A DNA stretch of 64,000 nt, from NCBI GenBank assembly GCA_973895155.1, contig OZ316896.1:5281203-5345202 (forward strand), given 5' to 3'. Shown here piece after piece: positions 50,288 through 64,000 of this stretch; the first letter of the stretch is position 1; each line of letters starts with the position of its first letter. Both the position numbers and the translations under genes were made by a program. Source of the stretch: Marsupella aquatica (lineage: Eukaryota; Plantae; Marchantiophyta). A model generated the notes under the pieces. That model searched no databases. It was not told the origin of the DNA and saw only the letters and a program-made list of their open reading frames with translations.

Positions 50288-53200
50288 CTACAACTTTGAC
50301 CTTGTCTTCTGCTTTTCCTTGAGTTGAGCCCTCAAAACTCTTCGCAGAAGCTTGTTAGATGCTGTGCGCGGAAACTCCGAAACAACTTCCACTCCACTCA
50401 CCTGTACAGGTAAACGGAGAACAGCACAATTTGTAAGACAATCATGTCCATAGTCAACTTACTAAAGCTTCGGCCCCACTATATAAATTTCCCTCGAGGG
50501 ATTCAATCAATGTAGAAGATAGGTTCCTCACATCTCACTTCAGAGAAGAGCAGAGGCGCTCTAGTGACAACTGGTTTCCTTCTGTTACAATACTACCATG
50601 AAACACTTTGCATGCGTTCTAAGTTATATTCCTTCCTTTAGGAGAGTTACCTTGAACAGGGGATTGAGATTTTTCTGAATAGCCAAGGAAAATGCCTCCT
50701 TGCATGTGTCAAGGCTAGGCACTGGCCCGTCTTTCAGAACCACCATGATAAAAAGTTGCTCTGGACCACCACCTGGTGGCGATATGGCTAGAGCAGCAGT
50801 TTCCAGTATACTTTCGTGAGCAGTGTTACATACTCTTTCGATCTCAACAGCACTTGCCTGCAACAGCAGTTAGCTACAAAGATTAAGAAAAAACACTAGG
50901 GCATGACGTTCAGAGATTGCATCAGGAAGGTAGGGAAGTAGTCAGCAAGAAACTTGCTTTCATGTCGTTTGAGAATTCAAGATTGCAATTATACTTGATT
51001 CACCACTATTCAGATGCTTTACTCTGTGTGCTATTTCAATCGAACCTTTCGACAAACAGCAAAAGCTCCGGAGTCTGCTTAACACCTTAGTAGATGCAAT
51101 TAGAATGTAACATGGGAGTGTTATGTGGCAATCGGCTAGAATAAAGAAACAAGAGAAAACCTTGATTCCACCCAGATTCATAGTGTCGTCCGATCGACCA
51201 TGCGCTCGATAGTACCCTCCAGGTGTCCGCTCGAATATGTCACCATGCCTCCTCAATCTCTGCAAGCCAAACAACACACTTCCCTCGTCGTACAACCCAG
51301 TGACCAAAACAACTGAATAGAACGAGCAAGTCAGAAGGAAAATAAGAACGGGCAAAGGTTTTATATTTCAGGGTCGACTGATATCATGCCAACAAATTAA
51401 TTATAGCACCAATAGGGCCTTTTAGCAATTCGCCGGTACTTGAAAGAAACCACCTAATGAGCTAAACCGCTATTTAATTTCGGTGAGAAAGTTCCAGCAG
51501 GATTACCTTTCCTTTGCATCTAGGCATTCCAGTGTAGTAAACTTTCTCATGATCTGCATTCAGTAGGCGGCTTGAGGCACCAAAGTTGACGGCGACCAAC
51601 CCAATTTCTCCAGTACATGGATGATCCTCTGGCTGCAGCATATAGGACATATTATAGTAGGATTGATCACCGGTTGGATGCACGATCGCAAAACTTAACT
51701 ATGTACACATTCTCACATTTGTTTATAATGCTTCAGAATGGTAAACACTAGTGTGCACTGGGCAAAAGGTAGAGAGCATCTAATGGTGATAATAAATTTA
51801 TAGAGAGCCCCTACACTACTAGGTCCCCACAAAGTATGCAGACAACAAGAGTTGATTTAAGATCCGGGAGGTTTCCCTAAAGTTTCAAAGATCCCAACAC
51901 ATTGAACAAAAATCTCCATCCATTAACCACAGATTCATCTAGGTCAGTCAATCATAGTTCTTACACAGGTTTTTTCATCGTCATCCACTAAGACGAATTC
52001 ACTCATTATGCTTGCACAGTTAAGTTAGTCAATCATAGTGCTTACATATATATTTCCATTGTCATCCAGTAGGACAAATTCATTCATTACGCTTGCAGTA
52101 CTGAACGCCGCATATGCTTGTGGCTGTAGTAAAGAACCTCCAACATAAGCTGATGCAAGCTCCGTTCCTCCACAGCATTCAAGCACAGGTGCCTTGTAGT
52201 AGGTTCTACTTGATAGCCACAAATCATCGTCCAGACTTGACGCTTCGCCAGTGGAAGAAAAAGCACTGCATCCCAGGGTAAGGGTTTGCATCAACACGCA
52301 AGAGAACAAATGGTACGAAATAAAGGGTTCGTCATGTAACATGGGACATAAATCCCATTAGGTTGGTAAGGATTTAGTTTAGACCTACCCTAAAGTCCAT
52401 TGTTTGAACTATATTTCTAACCCTGCCATCCAATTATATGGAACGTAAAGCAGGATACAAAATCCGATCCTTTTGACCCAGGTAGCTAGGTCAACTGATT
52501 CCGAGTCCCATTCCTTCCCTGGCCCTACACTTCCCCTCCCCACAAAGGGACTTGTAGGGGAACACGAGAAGGGAATGTAACACTGACCGTTGGCAGTTTG
52601 TTTTATATTGTGCCAAGGGGTCTTGCTGTTCAAACCCCAAGTTCCTATTCGATACTAAACTACGCTACCTCCCCCGTCCGTTTATTGAAATTAGATAATG
52701 ACCAGAAACACTGCTGGAACCATTTCTTAAATGCTTTCTGTTTCATGACAGCCAGAAGCGGGAATACTATCTAGTTTTGCTAAAATGCAGCGAAAGTATC
52801 CAAACGTCCTATATTTCCTCACATTCCTTGTCACATACCGAATCTTCGACCAATCAAGGTTCTGCGTACAATTGGTATTTCTCCAAGTCTTCACAAGGCT
52901 TGGAACTGTTCCCTGTATTGTAATCCCTACATCCTGAAACATATCCAACTGTTTTGTCAGGTCTTCCTTACAGAGCAGCGAAATTTTGTCCCTAGCATCT
53001 CAAATCTAGATTTTGCGCTCTTATTAGAGTGTTTTCTCGCTTGCTGGTAGCTGGAACAACACGTTCAAAACTATGTTTGTAAGGTGAGAACCTGCATAAA
53101 CTTCGCATATCCACGACCAAGGGGGGAACCATTATACAAAGCCATAGTACCGCCATTAAGTAGGGCAGCATAGATCAAAAAGGGGCCCATCATCCAGCCA

Positions 53201-56200
53201 AGATTAGTGGGCCATGCAAATATATCTCCAGGTCTCACATCCTGGTGGCCCCAAGCATCAACAGCACATCTGATTGGAGAGAGATGCCCCCAGGGAATAG
53301 CTTTAGGCTCCCCTGCAAAAAGGCAAAGCACAAGCTTCTTACAATGAAAACGGGCCAAAACCAACTGTCCCCACAGAAAGATGAGAAACGTTGGCTAACC
53401 TCTCGACGGACAGTGAGAATAGGAAAGATTTTCAATTTTTCCCTCATCGCAAGTCCATCTAGGCATCCTTCACAAACGGGCACTTACCTGATCTAATGAT
53501 GTAACTCGTGTTGCTACTTTAGCATTACCTGTGGTACCAGATGAGAAAAGAATGTTTGTGGTCGATTCTGCTGGAAGTCCAACAGCTTGGAACTCCTCAG
53601 GTCTGCAGTAACAGAAATTGTTCATGAGCACACATTGTGGCTACTATTCAAATTTGTCTCTATTTCTAAGCTAACTATCCAGAAGGGTATGGGCATGAAC
53701 AGAGAAAAAAAGATTTCAAGTAGTCGAACCCCTGTTCTTAACCGAGCCTTACTCTCAATATCATAATTGCAACTGACTCCACACACGCTCCAGTCTTTTC
53801 AATCTAACGTCATTTTTTAGCAACAGACCAAACTAACAGCAGCAGAGACCTTCCAAGTTAGCTCCATCGAGTTGATCTACCTGCTCACTTTGTTTGCAAA
53901 AGACAAGAATTCGGCCCATGTCAGGTCCCCATCTCGCAGCTTCATAGTCACAGCATTACCATTGGCAGGAATGACTATAGCTCTTGGGGCCTTTGCCTCC
54001 ACCACTCGGCTGTAACCATATCAAAGTTTCTTGATTAAGTAACCAGATTTTCCTTCTTTTACGCCAATGCAATGATTCCTTTCACTGTTCCTATCTACAT
54101 TGGATGATAACACGAGAAATTTGGTTAAGACCATCAGGTTATCTGTCTTTTAGATGCAACCGAGGATTTCGACATCTTCCTAAATCATTCATCGATTCCC
54201 ATTTCAATAGAATTGGCTCAAAGTGGTCAACTTCTAGACTTCAACACTAACTGCATGCATACAAATGCATTTTTTCTTGGCCAAACAACACATCCTGGCT
54301 TCTCTGCTCATTCTCATTGTTCCTACCTATACAATGGAAGGCACTTGGGTCCTCTTAAAATGACATCCTACATCAAGCAAGAAACCCACGTTAGTTATTG
54401 AACTTGTAGTCCCACTTGTAGTTCCAAGTGCAGACAACCTGACCTCAAACTGAGGTAACTTGTTTTCATTAGAAAATTGAACTATCAACACTCTGCGGCA
54501 AATCCAGCTCCTTTCAAAGGACCTCATCATACTAGTAACGTGCAAGATGCACGACGTCTTCTGTTTACTTTCAATTATGATTCGCCCTACTAGACTACTT
54601 CTGAAAGGAAGCAAAGGTCTCCACTGAGTCAACAGAGGCCTAACGCCTACTCCACAAAAATCAAGGCCGTGCAGACGGGTTTTCCAAAATGTCGAACATA
54701 AACCAAAACCAGCTGGCAAGGCAGGAACCTGGGTGATAATGCCTTTGGCCTGAGAAACCCTACACCTTGTTGCAATTTCTGGGGCAACAAAACTGTCAGC
54801 AATCGAGACGACCACCATTCCAGCCAAGACAATGGCCAAATATGCAACCACTGCATGTACAGTCATGGGCATATCGATTCCAATAGCATCACCCCTCTGG
54901 AAACCAGCAGCTACCAATGCGTTTGCCACTTTGCTGCATCACATCATCCACATACATGTTGGAACCCTCTCAACTTTGCTTAATGACGCCATCGTGGAAC
55001 AGTCACTTAAGAGCTTACATGTCCACCATAGATATAAGGGTAAACTCCAAAACCATGAAATCAGAAGCCAAATCGCGTCGGAAGAACTTGTAAAATACAC
55101 CCAACTGCTTACCTTCACAAGCAGTTAAGTTTACTGAGACATTGCCATTTGAATTTCTGAATAACAAGTATTCAATTTTGCTAAAGCGAACTTAAAGTGT
55201 TATGATCTTACTTTACTTCGGTGCGCAACTCTGCGTAGGTGAAGGTTTTGGCTGGCAGGTCGTCTGCTCCTTCATCCTTCCACACAATGGCTACACTGTT
55301 GGCGGGCTTATTCAACTTCAAGTTAGGAGAAAGGGCGCTCTCTGCAGCATTCAATATGGCACCTGACAGCCAGATTCCTCCTGGCATCTTCTCGTCGCTC
55401 ATGTCTAGAATACATTTGGGATACTTATGAAAAACAACACTTACGTATTCATTGAGCACTGTTTCAAGATAAATCTGCACACGGGAGGATAATAATAGAG
55501 TCAGAGGGTATCTTGAGAGACACACCAAAACAAACGGCCAATAAATCAATGAAAATTACTTTGCAACCCTGGGACAAGACATCATCCAAAATGTTGGCGA
55601 AAGGAGATGTTCAGAATTAACTCATCAAGACAGTGTCCGAAAAGTCATTGGATAGAAGACACAATAGGGACTAGCTGTTGGAAAATTATAAACCAAAAGC
55701 TCTTGTGACAGTTCCTGCACTGCAACGGCATCTATACTGTCTAATGAAGTTATTGATAAATTGCCCCAAAGTGACTGTCCTAGTCTGTCCGTTTCGATCA
55801 AACTCCTCGTGTTTCTTTCGTCCTCTCACCGAATACTGTCTTCAGCCTTACGTCGGTACTCTGGCCTTACTTTTCCAAAGCTGCAGTATTGTTTGTGCAC
55901 AGTCAGCTAAGGCAAGCCAAAACTCTCGATAAGTTTACGAATTTGCTTACTGTTCCTGCTACCTTCGTCTCAGATTACCCGATTGGAATAGACAAATATT
56001 TTCACCGTTCCTACTGGCGAAAAAGTTTCCTTGTTCAGTAGTCGTAGTAGTAGTAGAAGGCGGGTATGACACACATGGCCTCTAAAACCAAGAATAAATC
56101 TAAACTTCTAAGTGCATAAATTAAGAATCACTCTAGCTGTGAACGATACGAAAGACTATACTTTCGGATTCATTAAGTACAGTCTAGATAAATCAGCAAA

Positions 56201-57759
56201 CAGGGGGGACGACAGAAGGGTCAATCAGAATCTTAGAGGACACTTCAAAACACGCTGTCTGTGGCAAACTACTTCGCAAGTATGGAAAAAGACATCATCT
56301 AAGCCTTCGCGAATGGCGATACTACAATCTATTCATCAAATGCCACAAAAGTCACGGGGTAGCGATAGAACAAAGCCCAATTGCAAGATCAACTGTATCC
56401 CAACATCTTTGATTGTTACTGAATTTTCCTTCTAGAAATCCTCCACATTCCTCTGACATATATCCACTTAAGGAACAATATCCACTACTGCAGTTAGGTA
56501 TGACGTTACTCTCCAATCCCCCCTACGCACCTCTGGATGCTCCGCAGACCATCTCCGAAAGGCAGAAAAGCTTTCAATGGGATTCTTGTATGATGGGCCC
56601 AACAATTTCTTTCCATGAGTTTCCATCAAGCGACCGAGATTAGTGCTTCTCGCGGACTCCCTACACAATGACACGTTGGGATCAAAGAGAGCTTTACCAT
56701 AATTCAAGACTCTACTCCGTCAATCAAGAAAGTTCAGATTAGAGCGATACTGCCAAGCGACATCACATTGCAGACCTTGTCATATATGGACATCATAAAC
56801 TTATCATTTTGGCTGGGAGCCAGCTCCCTGGGGATTTTAACCGCCAAATGTTTTTTATTAGACAATTCACTTTGATATCCCTTCATTGATATCTCTTAAA
56901 AAGCCTTTACTACTCTTTTAGAAACTTATATTGATCTGCATTATTTCCTGAGATCATGTGGTCTCGCCAGCAAAATGGGGCTTCACAGCATCTGTATGCA
57001 TTGCGAGATAGAACTTGCCTCATGGTAGACTACAAATCTGGAAACCAAACAATAACATAACCCCAACTTCACTGGATTGCCAGACAGGGGGCTTGGCAAA
57101 AGATACGATCATACTCGTGATGCTAGAATTGATACAAATTTTGGGTACATTCACCAAGTCCTTCACAAGCCAAACTAGTCACTACATTGGATTCCCACTT
57201 GTCTTCGTATTAGTAGGGGGAATCGGGGGAACAGGGACTCCAATGAATTCTGGTAATGCAGCATTGCGGGAGTTTGACCCAAATGACAGGGTTGCTGGGT
57301 AGCCTCAGCTGGCTAACAAGTGTTTAACAGGACAAAGTGAAAGTACGACAATATAATTACAACAATGGCCAAACAAAGTATAATGAAGGACAAAGTCCAA
57401 AGCGGACAACGACGCATTTCATTCACATCCGCAAAAACGTGGGAGGTCGAGGAAGAAGCAGGAGGAGGAGAAAGGACTTACAAAGAGGGTGTCCAGCCAG
57501 GAGGAGGACCCAATTTCTCCTGGTCCCATTTCTTGTAGGTGGAGTGATACATGAGTTGATGCAGCGCATGAGGATGTTCTGGCTTGAGAAGCGTTTTCGA
57601 GATCCTGTCCCATGCGGCAGGCGAATTGTAATAGCCAATCGACACAATCACTTGACGGAGTCTGTCCAGAAAAATTGGAGCCTGTACTGGTGATAATCCG
57701 GTATCGACAAGATCTCGCACCCCCAAATCCTCCACACTTTTCTCTCCTGCAGTCCCCAT
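50288..57759 (-). CDS. AAE17/AAE18: Peroxisomal acyl-activating enzyme, AAE17/AAE18-like, 14 exons, ~733 aa
   Basis: GT-AG exons 57759-57482, 56660-56531, 55474-55212, 54933-54729, 54367-54327, 54009-53881, 53602-53529, 53312-53092, 52933-52839, 52265-52046, 51632-51507, 51259-51161, 50857-50651 and 50401-50288 join in frame (2202 nt). Motifs: AMP-binding [56 protein letters not shown]-terminal PTS1 SKL. Confidence 0.95.
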
Positions 57760-58377
57760 CCTTCGTCCCTGATGACGCTCCTTCTACCAATGCCTGTGAA
57801 TTCGTTCTCTGCTGAATAACACCCTGCACTACACTTTCGCCCCCGTACCCTCAAGTAAACCTTTGCATGAGCCTCGTGTTCTTCGAGACCAACGAGTCAT
57901 CAGTGCATTGTGCTCTCCAGAAGGAGTCTCAATTGTTTATACCAACGTGCCGATGATTCTACTCTAGCAGCAAATTATAGATGACCTCTCTGGTCTGGAT
58001 GTTAATCAAAAGAGAAGATACTACAGCACAGAACTGTACTGAATTTCAGTGGACTCCTTGCATTAAGTCTAACGAGCGAGACTTGTGGTGACTTTTCTGT
58101 AAGACCGGATTTGTCTGAAGCATTGGGCTCAATCTACTCCATTGGGATTCAATAGTTTTCTGTGTCTACTCCATTGGGATTCAAGAGTATTCTGTGTCTT
58201 CGAAATAATTAGACACTGTGGAGGTCAAACGTCAGCAGCAGCAGGGCAAGACCAATTGGAAGATGGTGAGACTTCACCAACCAGCCCGTTTGGTGCTGAC
58301 GACCAAATGACTAGAAGCATCAGTTCTAAGAGCATCTCCACAGGTTTGGTGGCCGAAGCTCCCAGAACAAGAATCAT

Positions 58378-58557
58378 AGAAATAGAGGTGCTTTTACTGG
58401 CATTCAGAAACCACCTCCATTCAGAAATCGTGTGTTTGTTTCACATTTAAATAGAGGTGCTTTTACTGGCATTCGGAAACCACCTCCATTCCATAATTCG
58501 TGTGTTTGTTTCACATAGAAATAGAGGTGCTTTTACTAGCATTCAGAAACCACCTCA
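58378..58557. repeat. ~70-bp tandem repeat x2.6
   Basis: AAATAGAGGTGCTTTTACT.GCATTC.GAAACCACCTC occurs three times. Confidence 0.88.
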
Positions 58558-58607
58558 ATACAATCTAAATTTTCCACAATTTCAGTATTATTATGTCTTT
58601 TACTAGC

Positions 58608-58975
58608 GATGTTGAGATGAGAAAAGATGTCAATGAGAGAAAAAAAAAAACTGAAGTGAAGAAAAGAAATAGAGGTGAGAAAAATATGTCAAAGAGAGAA
58701 AAGATGACAAGGTACAAAAAACATAAATATGAGGAAAAGATGTCAGGGAGAGAAAGGATACTAAGGGTGAAGGAAAGATGTCGTGATAAGATGAAGATAT
58801 CAAGGTGAAAAAAAGATGATGAGATGAGAAAATATAAGATGTCGAGGTGAGAAAAGATGTTGAGATGAAAAACTATCTCTATGTGAGAAAACTGTGAAGG
58901 TGAGAAAAAATGGTTGTGATGAGATGAAGATGTCAATGTGAGAAAACAGTGGTAAGATGAGAAAAACATATCAAG
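58608..58975. repeat. Purine-rich degenerate ~18-bp repeat tract (GATGTCRAGRTGAGAAAA-like)
   Basis: Many imperfect copies with a strong A/G strand skew. Confidence 0.7.
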
Positions 58976-59589
58976 GCAAGGTAAGAAAATATAAGCTTTG
59001 CAATGATCCGGGTCATCCAACTTTTATGGTCATGTTCAATAGCCCGTGCAGTGCAGATAAAAATGGGAGATGTAAGATGACAGCCACCGCATCATAGAGT
59101 CCAAACACAACCAAGTGACACGGAAAAATATGGTTTTTTTAGTTTTAAATTTTTAGAGAAATAATATTTTGTGTTTTTATAAAAGTTTTCATTTTTTCAA
59201 TTTTTTCCAAATTTTTGAATTTAAATTTAAATAATTTACATGTTAGTATTTTTGCTTTGTAATTAAGTTTTTATCTTGGGTAGGTGAGGGCAGGCAAAGG
59301 GCAGCTTGGGCAGGCATTTATTGTAGATGGGGGTGTATAGATAGATCTAACGTGTAAAAGTAATAATGTTTTCAGGAGAGGTTAGGATTGGTTCCAGGTT
59401 TTTATCAGTTTGTAAACGGAAGATCCCACTTTTTTGGCGGGATAGGGTATTATAGTGATAGATTCAGATTATGATTTTCTGTTATGTGTTGAAATATGTT
59501 TTGTCTTATTAAGGTTTTTTGTTATCTATTTTTATTTCAATGTGCCACAAAATGGTGTGCCACATGTATTATTTAGATTCTAAATTATT

Positions 59590-59840
59590 TTGGCACCTCT
59601 CTGAATGTTATTAATCTTGTTATTCCAGAACTCTCTTTCCCCACTGCGTTTAGATGTAGACACAGTACATCCAAGCCCTTTGGTGCCTCTTAATGTTATT
59701 AATCTTGCTATTGCATTCAGACATCAACACAGTACTCCCAACCCCTTTGTCCCTCTCTTAATGTTATTAATCTTGCTATTCTAGAGCTTTCTTTCCCCAC
59801 TCCATTTGGACGGTAACACAGTACATCCAAGCCCTTTGGC
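59590..59840. repeat. Degenerate ~70-90-bp tandem repeat x3
   Basis: AATGTTATTAATCTTG.TATT...ACACAGTAC...CCCTTTG occurs three times. Confidence 0.78.
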
Positions 59841-62800
59841 AAATTTCATAGAAATCCTGCCAATGGAGAAAGAGTTTATCTCTTCTAGTGAATGAGAGAG
59901 AAATGATACATGGAATTGTGGAAACCAGTAATCCTCATACTTTTGTTTCATAAAATTATCTTTTTATTGTCATTATCTAAGGCAAGTGAGTGTTTTCAGT
60001 ACCTCTTATGTGCACACAACTTGCACACAAGTTTTGATTGATTTGAGTGTCATTAGGGCAAGTGAGAATATGCACCTTATGTGCACAAATTTTCAAGACT
60101 AGTGCACTTGTACTTTTACTCTTCATTATGTGAAATATCCTTTTCTTTGGCATTTGCTGTATCTTTTAATCTTGTATTTCATCCCACTCAATGTTATCAT
60201 ATACTATGCAATAGTCATCTGTCAAAAAATGAAACATGTTCCAGGATGAGCATGCTATATGCAGCATTTTTTTGAAGCTGCTATATGGCTAACACCTTCT
60301 ACCCTATTTTGTCTGATTAGAAGAATAGGTTCTGAATTTTCTTTTAAATCTAGTCTAGTCTATCATTTCACCTTGTATTGGTTTGAATTTAACAATCTTT
60401 CTAACACCTTTAATCATTTCAAGTCCATGATTTTCATTTGATATGTTAAGTTTTATTATGATAGAGTAGCATCAAGTTTTACTATGATAGTTTATCATGT
60501 ATTTGATGAAATTTTTATTTTGTCATTCCTTCTCTATGGAATGGCAAGGTTAGACTCACCAGGATGCACCAGTACGAAAACCAACAATGCCCTGGAGGTT
60601 ATATCTCCATTGGTAAAAAATTCCAACCCTTATGGTTTAGAGGTTAACAGGTGTCACCTAAATAGTAAATCTCTCAATAGGGGCCTAAAAGTAGAGAACA
60701 AAGCTAGCATACTTCTCTGTCAACCACAAATTACTATACCCCTAAGATACTTTGACTTATAAATTATGTACTTGTCTTTCACCTAAAAAGTGCCCTAGTT
60801 TCTCACTTTAAAGGTGTGCAGCGTTACTTTTTTGTCCATTTATTTCTTTGAATCACTATTTTAATACATTTGAATACGAATGCTATGGATGCTATTTGAT
60901 AAACCATTTAAATTAATTGGTAGTTAACATAGGGTACAATTGACATTATTGTCAATAAGTTAAAATGCAATTGACATTATTGTCAATAAGTTAAAATAGT
61001 TGTGTCTTAGAAGGAACATGCTATATATGTATACTCTATTCAAGTTGACCATCTCTTTGAAGAAAGCAAAAATCGGGGTCTCTCTTGCAAGGCGAAAACA
61101 AAAAGGGGGTCTATTTACAAAAAAAGCAAAAATGGTCTGAGTATTTACAAAAAGCAAAAATAGTGAAAACTGATGTTGGCTGTCCACAGACACAAACACC
61201 ACATCCCTCCCTTCCAACCCTCTTTGCACACCCTCTGTCCCTCCATCCATACCTCGCCCTCCTGTCCACGTGAGCATGCAATACCCAGGAGGCATGGTGC
61301 CCTGCCTGCCTGGCGACCACGAGAAAGAGCATCTCCAGAGGTTTGGTGGCCAAAGCTTCCCAAACAATAGAGGTGTGTGGGGCATTGAGATGACAATGTT
61401 GCTCACTGACAGTTCCCAACCCCACCCAAAAGCCCTCAAAGTGACCTTCATTCCTCAAGTCATTTGTTTATACCTCCAGATGTACTTTACAAATGGATCT
61501 GGTTGCAAATACGATGCGCCACTGAGGAGAATGGAGGTCTGAATAGCGCGCTGGTTTGGCTACTGCCTTTCTTGCTAAAACTGGTGGTTGACAATTTTGA
61601 TTTAAATGCCAAGAAGAAAATTAATCAAGAGCCATTTCTCTCATTGAGCTTGGCTTACTAGGGCTTTCTTATTAGACTAACTGAATTTGCAATTAGTTTT
61701 GGACCAACACAAGATAAACATAAATTGTAGGGTTCACAACTGGGAAATGTTAGTACGAGCATGAAGTAGTAATTATGGTATGATAGGAGAAATTGATCCT
61801 GTACTCCTGAGAAGGGTAGTTGGGAACAACGCATGGTTCAGAATATTCTCCCTTGAACACAGAAAGACTTAGCCAAGTGAAAAACTATAAGACAAGATAC
61901 TGGCTAGTTATTACAAAAAAGACATTGGCTGAGACCCCAATAGCCAGAATATGATAGTCCTTCCTGAAATGTAGGGAGATCTAATGGTCAGAAATTGATC
62001 TAAGAAAATTACATAAGGAATATTCTCAGAATCCTTTACTTCATCTGGGGAGATATTGGCCATTGCAAAAAGAAGTTGGTAGGGACAACAGGGCATACAG
62101 TCTGTTCATGTGATTCAGGAATGGAGGGGCTGGAGGGAATGTGCAGGCTACATGGAATGGGGGGCCAACTACACTGTTCACCTTAATCAGTGTTATGGAA
62201 TAATTAGTGTTAGTACAAAATTAGTATCACTAACCTTAATTTTGGTAAAAATGATTAGAGTCCAAGTAACACTAATTTTTGTCAACTTTTCATAATGGTT
62301 TTTTCCACTTTTGTTTACATTGCTAGTAAAAATGGATGATCTTTAGTCCAAAGTAATACTATTAATTCTTGTCGAGATTCTTGTGGGTTTTCAACATAAG
62401 TGTTTTTCCCTCTATTTTTCCACTCTTGAGACCACAATAGCACTAATTCATGTGTGCAGAAACAGTGTAGTCCCTTTCAAAAGAAGGGCCTCGTCATGCG
62501 TTCATTTGCCTAGAGGGGCCCCATGAAGTATTTTTCTCCAAGAATGGGGGCGTGCTCTGTTTATGAAAGCACGTTGGGCACGAATATATGTGAGCCTGTG
62601 GAATTTTCTGTTGTTTTCTGAACAACAGATTTCCCAAGATGTGGGTCATTCGCATACCTAACCATGTAGGGCATGCAGGGCAGTATGTGGCAATTATGCT
62701 GTACGAGGTACATGGCATACAAGGTATACGGCCAGCCATCTTGCGAAGCAAATACGCATGGGGCATTTGGGGGCACTTTGGGATGCCACAACAAGGGGGA

Positions 62801-63090
62801 TAGACTTAGTAGGGAGCCATAAAGTCACAAATGGGGGGAGGGGGGCAGGCGGATGGAGGCAAAGTTGCATGAGGAGAGAAGAGGAGAGGAGTGAAAGGGG
62901 GGAAGGTGAAAAAGAGACATAAGAGCTAATAGAACTGGCAATGATGAGAAAGGGAAAATGAGGAGAAAAGGGGCACACTTGCCTTCCCTCTTGTTTTTGT
63001 TTTGGGTGGGGGGGTTAAACAAAGGGTAACCAAGCCCAAGCAGGTTGGCTACTCAACCATGCGGCTCAGATGAGGGGAGAACCCTTTATT

Positions 63091-63117
63091 TAAATAAATA
63101 AATAAATAAATAAATAA
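63091..63117. repeat. (TAAA)n microsatellite
   Basis: Seen directly. Confidence 0.85.
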
Positions 63118-64000
63118 CTAAGCAGGTTACAAACAGGGACAACAGACCAAGACCACAATTATGGACTGAGATAAAGAATGGGAGTCCATGATTGGAAGCC
63201 CAGCCACAAGTGAATGCAACAAGGGCTTGGTGAAAAACGAACAAAGCTAGAATAGACCAATTACTGAAAATTATTAATAGAGAATGTAGGCATTGGCAAC
63301 ACCCTTGCCTGACTTGCTCTCACACCTCAATGGCTTTGCTTTGGCTCTCACCCCAATTCTTTCTTTAGTTTGGCTCCAATTCTTGCCAAAAGCTCTTGCC
63401 TTTAGTCTCACCCCATCTCTCCACACCTATTTGCACTTTCTGTCCACTCCTTCTGTGTCAACTTCTATAGTGTTCGATAATGCAGAATCTTGTGCAATAA
63501 CAAGTTTCCACAAGACAACTCCTTTTATAACAACGCACATTAATTTACCAATGGCAAACGTTCTGCAATGCCACATTTTTGGCAACAACACACTTTGTTT
63601 GAAAAACAAATCCACAAGAGAAATTCACAAGAGAAACACGGCTTGCAACGACAACACTAATACAACAACATGACTGCAACTACAATATAGCATCAATATG
63701 ATAATCATAGGTGCAACAACAATAGTGGAATGCACAGGCATTGGCAACCCATCAACCTGGATTGCATGTCCTCATTCTCACTGATGTCTATTTTCCTCCT
63801 CTCCCTCCCCTTTTTCTCCTCCCCCTCTCTGTCAATGGGTTGGGATGCCCCCGGTTTCGGGAATGGCACTCCCCTCCTCACCCATGAGTCCATTTCCCCT
63901 CTCTGCCTCCATGCTGGTGACTTTATGGCTCCGTAAAGACTCTGTGATTTATTCCTTTGTATTTTTGAGTCCATTAATTTTCCATACAATCTCCCTCCTT

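Noticed and set aside
63120-63670. Possible LINE ORF2 C-terminal remnant on - next to (TAAA)n
   Set aside because: Only a vague resemblance with internal stops; too weak to call.

Overview
Plant nuclear DNA, most likely a liverwort; this is inferred from a CLE peptide matching Marchantia MpCLE1 as I recall it, an H4 with Phe22 and bryophyte-style PLS-PPR motifs. Genes: an H-type (TDIF-like) CLE peptide gene (792-1064, -), histone H4 (30502-30813, +), a 7-exon inositol transporter (42336-46998, +) and a 14-exon peroxisomal AAE17/AAE18-like acyl-activating enzyme ending in SKL (50288-57759, -). Mobile and decayed DNA: a full-length but stop-inactivated Ty1/copia element with both LTRs, PBS, PPT and TSD (9483-15931, -), a solo LTR (37518-37802), an unprocessed inverted AAE pseudogene (~31460-35640, +) and a deletion-riddled PLS-PPR relic (~35777-36200, -). 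The least explained feature is a frameshifted, apparently intronless coding relic of unknown family (~27600-28362, +), a candidate endogenous viral element with a 129-bp repeat array upstream and a hairpin downstream. Local tandem duplications occur throughout. All coordinates and alignments were read by eye; no searches were run.
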